A stretch of 63,702 nucleotides of DNA, counting the filler, from Choristocarpus tenellus KU-1152 (taxonomy: Eukaryota > Protista > Phaeophyceae), in assembly GCA_964200185.2 (NCBI GenBank). It is 11 parts of 11 records of this genome, joined end to end, with 100 filler letters (N's around TTAATTAATTAA, not from the genome) between each part and the next. Parts side by side here need not be neighbours in the genome. Positions count along the whole stretch, not along the records: positions 48,127 to 52,799 come from CAXNAD020013522.1; positions 52,900 to 55,800 come from CAXNAD020023794.1; positions 55,901 to 61,031 come from CAXNAD020011779.1; positions 61,132 to 63,702 come from CAXNAD020026672.1; 7 more parts are not named here. One strand, given 5' to 3'. The translations under genes were made by a program, and so were the position numbers. Of this stretch, positions 52,076 to 63,702 are shown piece by piece. How positions within the stretch are numbered: position 1 is the first letter of the stretch; every line of letters starts with the position of its first letter. Below the pieces are notes generated by a model that saw only the letters and a program-made list of their open reading frames with translations, was not told the DNA's origin and searched no databases.

Positions 52076-52338
52076 GAGTGAAAGTATCTTAGAGGGTACG
52101 AGTTTTGCCCTGTTTGTACATTTGGGGCTTGGCTTCCCATGTGTTCTTCTATGGCATTTTCCAACTCCAAAATGTTTAGGAGTAGTTAAAGTGTATATGT
52201 TCTGAAAAGGTGTGTCTGGAACATGGATATTGACACTTCCTAACAAACACGATAGCCAAAATCACATCCAAATCGCAACATTGAATTTTGGCCCCCAAAT
52301 GGAAGCGGCTCTACCCTAACCCTAAGATACTTTGACTC
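52076..52338 (-). mobile_element. MITE family 1, full copy, 8 bp downstream of a splice donor
   Basis: GAGTGAAAGTATCTTAGAGGGTA...AAGATACTTTGACTC; no clear TSD. Confidence 0.9.
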
Positions 52339-52899
52339 TCCGCTATTAATTCTCCCCAGCACAAAGTGCAATCCTCGTGATCAGCCCTTGTCAAAAGCTT
52401 ATATGTATCACATTACTATACACCACAGCAGAGGGGAAACAGTTAAACCTCTACTCTACAACTCTCTAGCAATAGCAACATGAAGGGCACTCATCACCAC
52501 CTCAGTCCAGACCAATGATACACCAGACAAAACAGATCACGATAAGACCTCCATCCATATAATTTGAAGGTGTAGGTTGTTATCGTAGCAAGCACTAACT
52601 ACCTACCGCATAAAAAATAAATATATATATATATAAATAAATATATATATAAATTATTATATATATATATTGAATTCGAAATACTGTGTGAGGTCCGAGT
52701 GGCTAGGTGTTGCAAATCTATCCCTAACCCTCTAGACACCTGTGACCCACCCTGCTACTCTCATCTCTTTCAATACAAGTTAGGGGGGTGGTGTATTAGN
52801 NNNNNNNNNNNNNNNNNNNNNNNNNNNNNNNNNNNNNNNNNNNTTAATTAATTAANNNNNNNNNNNNNNNNNNNNNNNNNNNNNNNNNNNNNNNNNNNN

Positions 52900-52929
52900 G
52901 TGGCTCTACCCTCTAAGATACTTTGGCTC
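52900..52929 (-). mobile_element. MITE family 1 TIR at contig start
   Basis: GGCTCTACCCTCTAAGATACTTTGGCTC. Confidence 0.8.
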
Positions 52930-55900
52930 TGAATGTGTTGATAAAAACCGTACATAATTGGTCCCATGTCTTAGAGGCTACAATAGGAACAGGATCAGTG
53001 TGGAGTTATTATGCATTTGAATTGCACGTAATTGTGCAGGTGAGCGCCATTCAACTTTGCCTTCCATACTCTGCAAATATAACATTTTGGCATTTGTATC
53101 TAAAATCAAAGACAAATTGACCATGCATGCCCTATCAATGGTTGGCTGGTCACGTTGTGATTCATGAAGTTGAAGTGTGACATGCATACGGAAACTTGTC
53201 AAAAGAGTTGGTACATCAGTTGTCGTTGAAGGCAGACGCATATCTTTAGGAAAATTTGCTAATGACATTTTCGGCAAAGCAGTAATGGGGGAAGTTGGAG
53301 GTTATTGCCTTACATCAGTCATGTCTTTCGTCTCCGTCAAGTTCCGAATGAGGTCTATGTTAGGTGGGCGTTTCTCCTCCACTGCAGCCTTTAGCTCATC
53401 GTTGATCAAATTTATGCATAGATCTCCTGTAGACGATGTCACCAACTGAGTAGACGGTGGTGCCGGCGGTGTTGTGAGAGACTTTGTGCTGGGGACATGC
53501 GCAGACTGGGAAATGGACGGGATTGGCGGTAAGGGAGATGGACTCATGGGGTGATTATCTGCGGTTCATAAGCTGTTGGACCACCTGTTGATCCACCACT
53601 CGGAAATCAGTGTCCACAAATATCCCGGATGCTTTGCGAACCAAGAGTTTTCTCCAATCTTCCAGAATGACCTCATCAAATGATAAGGGATCCTTGTCGT
53701 GGAATGGTAGGAATAGGTGTTCATCAGGTTCATTTTCCTTGAATTACTCCGCCATTAGGCTCTGGAACCGGTTTGAAGTTGTCTGGAACATACTTTGTCA
53801 TCTCCTTGATCGAACTGTATGCCAATCAGACTGATTTGGCATATGTGGTGCTCAAAGCACAGGCAATGTACTCAGAGTTTCCCCCAAAGAGTACTGGAAA
53901 AGTACTCTCTCACTTCAAAACGATTGCCGTCGTCGCCACTGTGAAACAGGTGGAAACAAGCCGACAGATTCTTCGAAATGAAGGGGAGCGGGAAGACCCA
54001 CAGGAGGACAGATCAAAGAGAGACTTAAGTCAAAGAGGGAGAGCAATCCCTCAGAATATCACCCAGGAAAAGACCAGTGGAAAAGTGAAGGAGGGGGCTT
54101 TGGTAAGGTCACTCCAAATCACCCAATCTTACTTCAAACAGATGTTACCTTCAACATGCAAAAAACAAATGTCATTCGAATATCATGATGTTCAAGATAG
54201 GTCACCTTCAGGGTATACCTTCTGTGGAAGATGGCTCTCACAATTTGATCAAATTTGAAAAGGAAAAACACTACCGCCTGAAATCGGAGAGACACCTAGA
54301 ACATTCCGATAGTGAATTTAATTTGGCACAAACACTATTATTTCCTTTTTCTTTTTCTCTGACCTGTAGCGCCACCACATGCCACAGAGTTGTGACTGTG
54401 AAATCAAGGTGGTGTGTTGAGGCTTTGGCTCCTGCAGACCGAACTTTGCACCCATTCGAGGTGGTTCAAATTTTCTTCTTGTTGCTGCGAGGCTATTTCA
54501 TGGCTGCCTTTGCTCGCTGTTGGGTGAGAAGCAAGTCTTACTGTGGCCTCATGGTCATGTGCTTGAGAAGGAAGATAGGCTACGTCCCACTTCGCCCTAC
54601 AGTAGACTTTGCCAGATTATGCTAATTATGATCATTTCAATATCTCTACACATTTATTGCTTCATTGCTGAGAAGGAGTAGATGTGTGAACCGATGTTGG
54701 TCTAAGAAATGCGTTGCGAGATTACCCCATGTAATCTTTGAATTGGTGAGAACTGAGGAACACGATGTTCCATATTGGCTTAAGCTTGTGAAGTAGGAAC
54801 TACACGAAAGTTGTCGCATTTTGCGTTTCGTTCAAGCTCTCGATTTGAATATCGGTGCAGAGATCAAGACATCCACCCACCATATTTGTTCTCCTCCTAT
54901 TGATTGGTCAATCCCCAGGCATGCGCAACTCTCGTCGGGGCTTACGGTGAGCCAACCTCTATTGCAGATCACGGCACTAGCTCATCAAGTGGAAGGGGCT
55001 TTGCGGGAGGATTTCATCGCCACCCCCTTCCAGAATCAGACACACACCCTAGTTGCTCATTCTTTGTTTTAGACCCATGGTGTTACTAGTAGTGCCTTCA
55101 ACTTGGATACCTTCCATGCGAACACCTCAACCTCACAACGCGCCGTTGCCGATCATGTAGGACCCACGTGTGGAAGTGTACATGATCAGTCCTAGTGCTA
55201 AGGCCATTGCGAGGAAGTACTGTTGAATTATGCCCAACCACCTCACCCTTTTCAACATGGTTTGGTCCGTATCTAGAACCAGCGATTCCACTTCACAAGG
55301 TCTGAGGTCCACTGCCACCCTTCTCTATTGTACAATTTTTATGTCCAAACCTTTCTTCTCAAAGGAACTTCCTTTTCCTATCAACATCCCCCCCACATTT
55401 CCCCACCAGTGCCAACTAGGCCCCCAAATCCCCTCTTTGCTACCTACTGGTTGTCAGGCCTCCGATCTGCCCCACTCTTTTGCCTGCAGCCTCTGTCAAG
55501 TGATTTTTCCTTGAACTCGCGAGCTACTGCAGGCACCTCACTGCGACCCTCAGCATTCACGTCATCACCATTCGCGAGTGTCTCCAAGTCGAGCATTGTG
55601 CCCTATACTGGTGAAAGGCTGAGCACGTTTCGAGGGGCAGGTCAAGGAACAGTCAAAGGAGGGGCATGGCGAAGAGGACAGGACCTGTCACATGACATTG
55701 GTTGGGTATCCCATGGCAAAGAATTGGTGGGTGGTGTAGCATTACAAGCCAGCACGACTCCTGGTGTTCCTGGGGTCAATGGTACTTCAGGGGGTGGGAG
55801 NNNNNNNNNNNNNNNNNNNNNNNNNNNNNNNNNNNNNNNNNNNNTTAATTAATTAANNNNNNNNNNNNNNNNNNNNNNNNNNNNNNNNNNNNNNNNNNNN

Positions 55901-58167
55901 GTACAACCTGTTCTACATAATGAAGAAATAATCGAGTTATTTACATACATAAGTCTTGGGAACACCAATTTCTTTAACACTCGTCAAACAGATACACCCT
56001 TATGTGTCGGAAAGCGGTTGAGTCTCGGGTGTTATGCTACCTTGCTGGTCGTCGTGTGAGTTTTCCAATTGTTTTGTCTCTGTGCGTTTCAAAACAACAC
56101 ACGGGTTTCAAGAACCGTGGAACAATATTGCATGTATGACCATTGTGCCACACTTACCCCCACACAACTCATTCCTCCCCCCTCTTCTCTGAAAATGATT
56201 GATATCCACCTTGAGGGTTAAAACTACTTGACACCTTCCTGGAAGGACAGGATCAGGCGAAACACCATTCAACTTTTTATGTCCAAAAAATATATTGAAT
56301 ATAGACAACGAAACAACCGTACTAGTTGTACATATGTATAGATGATAGGAAGATGTGTGTTAGAGAGTTGTAAAGAATTGGAAGAAACACAACATTTGAA
56401 AATGTGAATCCTTTTATCTCAACGTCGGAAAGAACTCAATATGTTTCGACTTTGTTTTTTTTAAACTACTGACACATCCCTGAAAGCTCACGGAGGTCGG
56501 TAAAATGACGTCATGCACCTTTATTCAGGAAGTACAATGTACTCAAGATCCTCCTTCTTGTGGTATCTCTCCTCTTTCTTCTACTTTAGACTTCCTATCA
56601 TATATAAACACAATCAGGTATTAGGAAATGTTTACTTGCATAATGTATACATAATGACTACATTGCCGTTGCACTAACGTGGTTTCTATGTCAAGCGTTT
56701 TGATTTCACTGGCTACATACATACGCATTCCATCATTTGAATTTCCAAGAGCTTAACAAATTCATTCGAGTTTAATGTTCCGTGTCACTTCGAACCTTAA
56801 AAAACGGATATCACGTCCGTCGTACTCATATTTGGATATCATATATGTTGACAATCATCTCAAATATGTAACCATGGAACACAAATTTGTGGGTATAATC
56901 GTTACTTTCGTCTCTGTGAAGGACAGGAAGTCGAGGTTCTGCTAGGTTAAGTTTACGAATCGTCTACGTCTCTCTCCCAGGTATAATCTCTCTCACGCCG
57001 GGTGGATGAGGTTTGGAACGCTGTTTCTCCTTTGAGGGAATATGGATCGCTAGAACCTTGTGAGAATGGCGCCGGCGAAGGGTACGAAAAGGTAATACAC
57101 CTCTCTGTGACATTGTTTTGGTGCTCATTTCCAATCGATCTGCCATCTGTTGTACGAGTGCCTAACCGAACTCTGGATATCTAGTTGTACTGCGCCATTC
57201 CTCTCGATCATTCAACCTTCTGGCTCACTCCTAGTGACCAACGAGATACAATCCGGCCTTTCATATAAACCTTCCCATGGGGTGCGGTGATGAAGACCAT
57301 AGTAACCCCCCCCGTGACCCTGGTTTTTTCTATTCAAACATTCCTCATCTCCACATCTCTTTCCCCTTACTCTCTATTTCCACAAACAATCAGCCGAGGT
57401 ACATTTACTCCTACCATGCCTGTCCAAACATAGCACCTTCCTTCGTAATCACGACCCAATAAGGCGTCTGGCACCGTTAGAAAAATCAATGGAGCTCTAT
57501 CGCCATATTTTACCCCTCCCAATTATTACACAATCCACCTCGGTGGGCTCTGAGCAGCACCAGATCTGAAGCTCTGTCGCGCTGATACCCTGAACTAGTC
57601 ATGCACCCCCTTTGTCATGGCATGGTTTTCTCACCTATCCGCCACGTGTTCCAACATGTATAGAAACAGTCCATTTTTAATTGCCCGGCCTTGATCACCT
57701 TCCTCTCCGTTTCGAAGCGAACTAAATTCTGAATGAAGGCTTTCGAATTTAAGCAAAAAGCACAAACACCCCCCCTGACACGACAGCACGTTCTACTCTT
57801 TCAGCTACGAAATCTATTTGGCGTGGGTCGCAATGTTTCTGCGGTATTAGTCGTGTACCACCCCCTTCTAGGTCGATTCCAAATGACACAGAAAAGATAG
57901 ATATTGTTGTTGTGTGTCCAGACCCAGCTTGGGTTTGATCTCTTCTTGCAAAACAAGAAATCTTTGTGATTGGATTGTGCGCTGTGAATCGATCGTTGTG
58001 TTTGACTGCTGTGCGCGTAATTATAGAGGTGAAGGCAATGTCCTTTTTCTCTTCCCCCCAACCATCACTTGTGTCCGTTTTACAACGCTAATGACCTAAA
58101 ATGAAAAACACTTACCTTCCTTATATCACACTCTACAAAGCATACTTTGTCTCATATCCGTCCAAAC

Positions 58168-58378
58168 TGTTGCGATTTTGATGTAATTTTGGCTATCGCG
58201 TTTGTTAGGAAGTGTCGATATCCTTGTTCTGGACAGACCTTTTCATAACATAAACATATACATTTTACTAACTCCGGAACATTTTGGAGTAGGAAAATGT
58301 CATTATAAAAAACATGGGTTTCCAAGCACCAAATGGACAAACAGGGCAAAACTCGTACCCTCTAAAATATTTTCACTC
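58168..58378 (+). mobile_element. MITE family 1, 5'-truncated
   Basis: Internal consensus and right TIR present. Confidence 0.85.
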
Positions 58379-58379
58379 C

Positions 58380-60300
58380 ATCAAGATATTCCTAGAATGT
58401 GTGTCAAGAAAGATCTTAGCACCGAGCACACCTGCCAGGTATACAACTCCATCCTCATCGGCATCGCTCCTGATTTTGAAATACTAGATGACGGGGTGAC
58501 ATCGCCGTTTCTGCCCCTTCTGTCCATTACAGCAAGAAAATACGACATCAAAGTCGAAACACTGAGGTCGTCCGCAAAGAAACGCATGGAATTCATACGA
58601 GATATGCGGCGACATAGGCGCCACTCTGCAGCGCCTGCGAAGGACACTGGAGAATCGTCTCCCGTATCCGACACTCACGCCCTTCCGTGTTCTCCACAAG
58701 GCACCACCCAGAGAGGTATGGAAGTTCCTACTCACCAACCATCAATGGTGTGATACACACAACTTCCTCCCTGGGCGAACACATCCCCTGCGTGTTCCCC
58801 AACAATTTAATCATCAAAAGATGCTTGGATGATCCTTTATTTCGCGGTGCACAACTGATGCCCGTTCCACATGTTCCATTGTTACCTCAGACAAAATAGT
58901 TCAATGTGCAGCATCCTGATGCACATGTTCTTGGCATCACGGTATGGGAGAGCAATAGCACCGCCATGCCCCACAATCCGATCACGTCTCATGATTCCAC
59001 TCAGAGAATGCACTACTTGGACCCGCATATGAACAAGTGTGCCACCCGGATGCACTATGTCAACAGCATGCTCAGATGTACTCCACATGAGCTACTCGCA
59101 TCGTTACAAGCGTTGCCTATATCCCCCATTCACACTATGGATGAATCACTATTCCATCTTCATCCTCGACCAACGAAACTTCAACATAACACGACATATA
59201 CATGGTGTAACCGACGTGGCAACAGGACACAGATTAGGACAGACGAGGATGTCTATGCAAACTTAAGGGAGAGATTCGAGCTGGAGGGGACGTCAGGACC
59301 AATACCCTTTATGTCGACAATGGTGAAGTGGAGACCGTTCTACATCACTAAGGTCTCGGCAAGATGTGTGTGGAAATAGTGGAATTTGGATAAGTCCATG
59401 GTTCCTAACCGCCACAGACTACCCAGTCACATACCGCATCATCTGTCTCCACACACAGGGCATGCTACCCGACCGTCTCCCTTCCTCCACTCTTCCACAC
59501 GATACATATTATGCGTTTGCTTTCACCACATGACCACCGACCTTCAGACTCAGTACCTTAGAGAGACCTGGAAGAATGTACATGCGAGGACGATCATTGG
59601 TGATGATGGACAAGGGGCTTGCGCATGCACATGCGCATTCTGTGACGAAGGCAAAGGACGCAGCTCTGAAAAAGTAGAGGCCACACTCGAAAGTGCTGCT
59701 GCTGATATGATGGCCTTCTTGCTATACGTTTCTGTGTGAAACCACACCCACGGCGTGGCTAATGTGTGAGCACGACAAGCTGGAGCAACAAGCAAATAAT
59801 CAACCCACCGTAGAAACACATGTTACAATCTCGCTCTCAAACCGTTTCACCCCATCCTCGACACATGTAGCAGTTACAGTCGGACCTCACCAGTGACATG
59901 TGATCCGATACTCAGACCTCTGCACTGACACCAAAAACCACTTTTGGACTAATCGAAACAAAACAGATGCAAGAGGACCGTGATGGAGCCCCTCATCGAA
60001 CCGTCATTTGGCGGTTCCTTGGGCAGTTTCAAAAGTTCTTGTGTCGATGGTACCTGTGACAAGTGTGACTAGAAACCTCATCCGATCTGGAAATGCCCTT
60101 GTATGCTGGACTCACACAGCACCTGTGTCACATGAAACGATTTCGTCCATGCATAGACCCCGGTGGTGGAGGCAGACCTGCAACGAAAGACTTCCCCGGA
60201 GATCAAGGTGTGCCTTCTGCAAATGCACGACCAACAATTAGGTTTGGATGTTACACCTGTCCGGTTCCACCCTCACGCCAAGTCCAGGACGGATACAGCA
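58380..60300 (+). pseudogene. Possible Sola2-like transposase N-terminal relic
   Basis: STMVKWRPFYITK followed by CVCFHH, then CACTCAFC and CVDGTCDKC Cys clusters. Fragmented by stops and frameshifts. Confidence 0.4.
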
Positions 60301-61003
60301 ACCAACCCCACCAGTCATGCATATTTCCCTGTCAACATCCCGATCACCCACCCACGCTGCAATAATTCTCTATCTCCTTATACACTGCTGCCAAGGCGCT
60401 GTCCTCTAGACTTGGCATCGCCGCACCCAGCAGGGCCACCAAAGACGACCTTATCCAGATGATCAAGGCAAAACATGCAGAGCTGAGGGCGAATAATCTC
60501 ATGACCGATGATTTGATACTCACAAAGTGCATGGTAGGAGAGTCTGGCCCCGACATGAGAAGGAACAGAACCGAGGAGAACAATGATGAAGACACCACAG
60601 GGTCTATGGACAAGCACAACCAGAGGCAAAAGGTGAGCGAGAGTCTCCTTCGGGCAAAAGTATAGTGTACATTGAATGAGTCACGACGTATTTGTCCAAT
60701 AACGGGCAGATACACCCACCCATATCACCGGACATTTGCGACTATACCGCAACAAAGCCTGCATCACTACGACCTATCCCTAGCTGTAACGGTCGAAATG
60801 CGACCACTTGACCCCTTCAATGCAGGTGCTGGTACCAACGGACGAAGGGATTCCGCATGCTCCTAGAGGTCATCTTTGCTAACTTTGACAAGAGCTTTTT
60901 CCTTCCTCACAACACTACCATTTGGCAGGCGCAACAAAACAAACACCGCAAATCCCTCCTCCCCAAAGGCCACGCCGCCATGTCCATGGACTTCAGCGCC
61001 CAC

Positions 61004-61031
61004 TGTTGAACTATCCCACACTGGACCCGCG
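61004..61031 (-). mobile_element. End of another LTR of the TRIM-like family, at a contig end
   Basis: TGTTGAACTATCCCACACTGGACCCGCG matches the 37557 and 39174 LTR ends. Confidence 0.7.
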
Positions 61032-61349
61032 NNNNNNNNNNNNNNNNNNNNNNNNNNNNNNNNNNNNNNNNNNNNTTAATTAATTAANNNNNNNNNNNNN
61101 NNNNNNNNNNNNNNNNNNNNNNNNNNNNNNNCCCACAGATGATTTGACCCTTCATGCTTGAGCTGTGCTTGATGAATCAGGGTAGGAGGGTGGTCACCAT
61201 TGTGTTTTTTGGAAAGAGTACGCCCTGCTAGACATATGCCATTGCTGACTATCCGTTGAGCCAACCTTACGGGTAAAATGGAGAGGTCTTTCGTACTGTA
61301 GTTGATACACCTATCGGCGAACACCACTTCCTACAACGAATTTACGTCT

Positions 61350-61603
61350 AAGTCAAAGCATCTTAGAGGGTAGATCCACGTCCGTTTGGAGGCCAAAATC
61401 CAATGTTTCGATTTTGATGTTATTTTGGCTATCGTGTTTTTAGGAAGTGTCAATATCCTTGTCCCGGACACGCCCTCTCACAACATACACATTTTACCTA
61501 CTCCGAAACATTTCCGAGAAGATAAACGTAAAAAATTCGTAGGAAGCCAAGTCCCAAACGGACAAACAGGGCAAAAGTCGTACCCTCTAAGATACTTTCA
61601 CCC
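61350..61603 (+). mobile_element. MITE family 1, full copy (degenerate ends)
   Basis: AAGTCAAAGCATCTTAGAGGGTA...TACCCTCTAAGATACTTTCACCC. Confidence 0.88.
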
Positions 61604-63157
61604 TCTTTTTCATCAACACGACTCCATCCCTAGTAATTTAGATAACTTCAATCTTATCGAGTGTACCACACCATCACTGTTGCTAATAATGCCTCTGGAA
61701 AAATGTTTTTTCTTGCAAGCATCACAATCTGTCGCACTCGGTAAAATTATTGTACTGCAGAGTACCTAGAAAAATTGCGTCCACCCCAGATAATAGGTAT
61801 GCCTATTCACTATTTCTGTGTTCTGAACGATAATAATAGAGTTATGTGTATGAAGTTGTGTCACAGGCAGTATGTCTTGATGGCGGTTTCATAAACGCTA
61901 TTACGGGCTTGGAGTCCAAGATTTTATATATTTGTACTTCTTGACTATTTTGTTTATCATTTAGCAAGTATCATGCCCCCAGGTGGTACGTGGTTGTCAG
62001 TTCCTGTTATATGATGATCTTGATACTTATGATGGGAATAATCCAAGTGAGAGATCCAGCATACTTGACGACTTGTGCATCAGGAGTCTTGTACCTGCAT
62101 CAGCGCCAACTGTAGGCTTGTCGACTGGAGGTATACATCCCGTGGAGGTAAGCTATGGAGTGTACTATAACACTTGGTTTCTTATTTTCGACAATAAAAT
62201 AATACAAAATTTTGTGTATTGAAGATCCTTTACTATGAGCAACAGAATCTGCTGTTGTTGTGTTGTATTCTTTGCCTCGCATCCTGGTTGTTTCCCCTGA
62301 CATGTATCTGTAAAAACATTAGTAGGCATAACAATACTCAGTAGTGTATACATCGAACATTTTCATACAGTATGATATGATCGAGCCAGGTAGGTGTCGT
62401 TGAGTATGTGGGACCCCTGTGACTGCCGATTGGTACATGTGATTCTAGTACTGTGGATGGCGATTTTGCATTTATGAATGAGCAGGGATGTTTGTATCAT
62501 CTTCCACTGTCACAGCCTCCGATGGAAAATTAGCAGCTGCATTTCAAGCGAAGGAAATGGGGTGCCAGACAGAATATTTATGGATCCCCAAACACGCAAA
62601 AGGTTAATAGTACAGCTGGGACATTATATATAGGTATCGTTGGTGCACATTTCCTCCCCACAATTGTTTTTTTTTCTTGACTACACATCACTAAGACCAA
62701 CAGAGGAAGTACACATGAGAGATGCCAAGGTTATCCTGTATAAATTATGGTGCAATGTTTGTTTTTGATTTTAAACTGAGCCACCCTACCGTAGAGGGTG
62801 ACGTCATTGAACGCTTGGGTTCCTTGGAACTGCTTTTTTGGTTATGAACTTCTAGCACTCTAGAAGGCAGTTTTCCGCTTCTGTGGGTAAACGTTCATCG
62901 TCTTCTTCATAGCATCGCACAACCTTCTAATCAGGTTAGCTGCATTTCAGATATGGGAATGGGGCGTCCGTCAGAAGACTTTAGAAGCCCTAACCACTCA
63001 ACAGGACCAAATTAGGGCCCCCTCTGAGGAAGGACGCGTCCTTCCATAATGTCAGTAGAACATCCCAAAGTCAATGCCGGTATTGTCTTCCCAGTGACTG
63101 GTTTTCTTGTCTTTGGTTACACCAAACTCATGTTGCAACAATTCTTCAGCATTTGAA

Positions 63158-63416
63158 GAGCCAAAGTATCTTAGAGGGCAGGGCCGCGTCCATTTGGGGA
63201 CCAAAATCCAATTTTGCGATTTTGATGTAATTTTGGCCATTGTGTTTGTTAGAAAGTGTCAATATCCTTGTTCCAGACGCACCTTCTCATAACGTATACA
63301 TTTTACCTACTCCGAAACACTTTGGAGTAGGAAAATGTCATTAAGAACCCCATGGGATGCCAAGCCCCAAATGGACAAACAGGGCAAAACTCGTACCCTC
63401 TAAGATACTTTCACTC
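63158..63416 (+). mobile_element. MITE family 1, full copy
   Basis: TIRs intact; perfect TSD TGAA. Confidence 0.93.
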
Positions 63417-63680
63417 TGAAGCTTGGTAGAATAAGGTGCCACATGAAATGGGATGGTGTGGTAAGTCGCTGCTCATTCCCCGAAGAGGAAACATTTGAGA
63501 CTGCAGATAGGCAAGCGTGGAAAATCCAGTTCATGTCTAGATGAGGGGGAGTTGAAGTGGACTCCATTCACCATAGAAGGTATATTTGTCACGTAAATTC
63601 CTCACGGGCCAATCTATTGACCTGCCCTCGAGTCCTGACCCCAAGGGCATTTTGGAATCGTACCTGTCCATGTGCGATCA

Positions 63681-63702
63681 GGCTCAAAGTATCTGAGAGG
63701 GG
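63681..63702 (+). mobile_element. MITE family 2 TIR at window end
   Basis: GGCTCAAAGTATCTGAGAGGGG. Confidence 0.65.

Noticed and set aside
52930-55800. Pro/Ser-rich broken minus-strand frames, possibly gag-like
   Set aside because: No diagnostic motif (zinc knuckle, protease, RT) recognisable; likely decayed TE but not assignable.

Overview
Eukaryotic, intron-rich, repeat-rich genomic DNA. A stramenopile or brown-alga-like source is my inference from style only. The window is not one locus: 11 unrelated contigs are joined by artificial 100-nt N44-TTAATTAATTAA-N44 spacers, so adjacency across spacers means nothing. Spliced host genes, most truncated by contig ends: ATG1/ULK-type kinase (with a tandemly duplicated, frameshifted exon 2), DHHC palmitoyltransferase, RFC4 (RFC 37 kDa), NDUFS8/TYKY, a complete 78-aa coiled-coil microprotein head-to-head with RFC4, three hypothetical genes, and a class-3 lipase pseudogene whose five in-frame stops are all TAA/TAG. 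Most remaining sequence is transposon-derived: (i) two related MITE families (about 255 bp and 180 bp, 22 copies or fragments) with 4-bp TSDs and GAG/GG termini (Sola-like), plus possible Sola-type transposase relics; (ii) a 2-kb non-coding LTR element (TRIM-like) with a 5-bp TSD; (iii) a solo-LTR family with 5-bp TSDs; (iv) a decayed Ty1/copia element; (v) 3' fragments of a CRE-like RLE non-LTR retrotransposon. These are often nested. I found no rRNA, tRNA or CRISPR array, and no prokaryote-type system.
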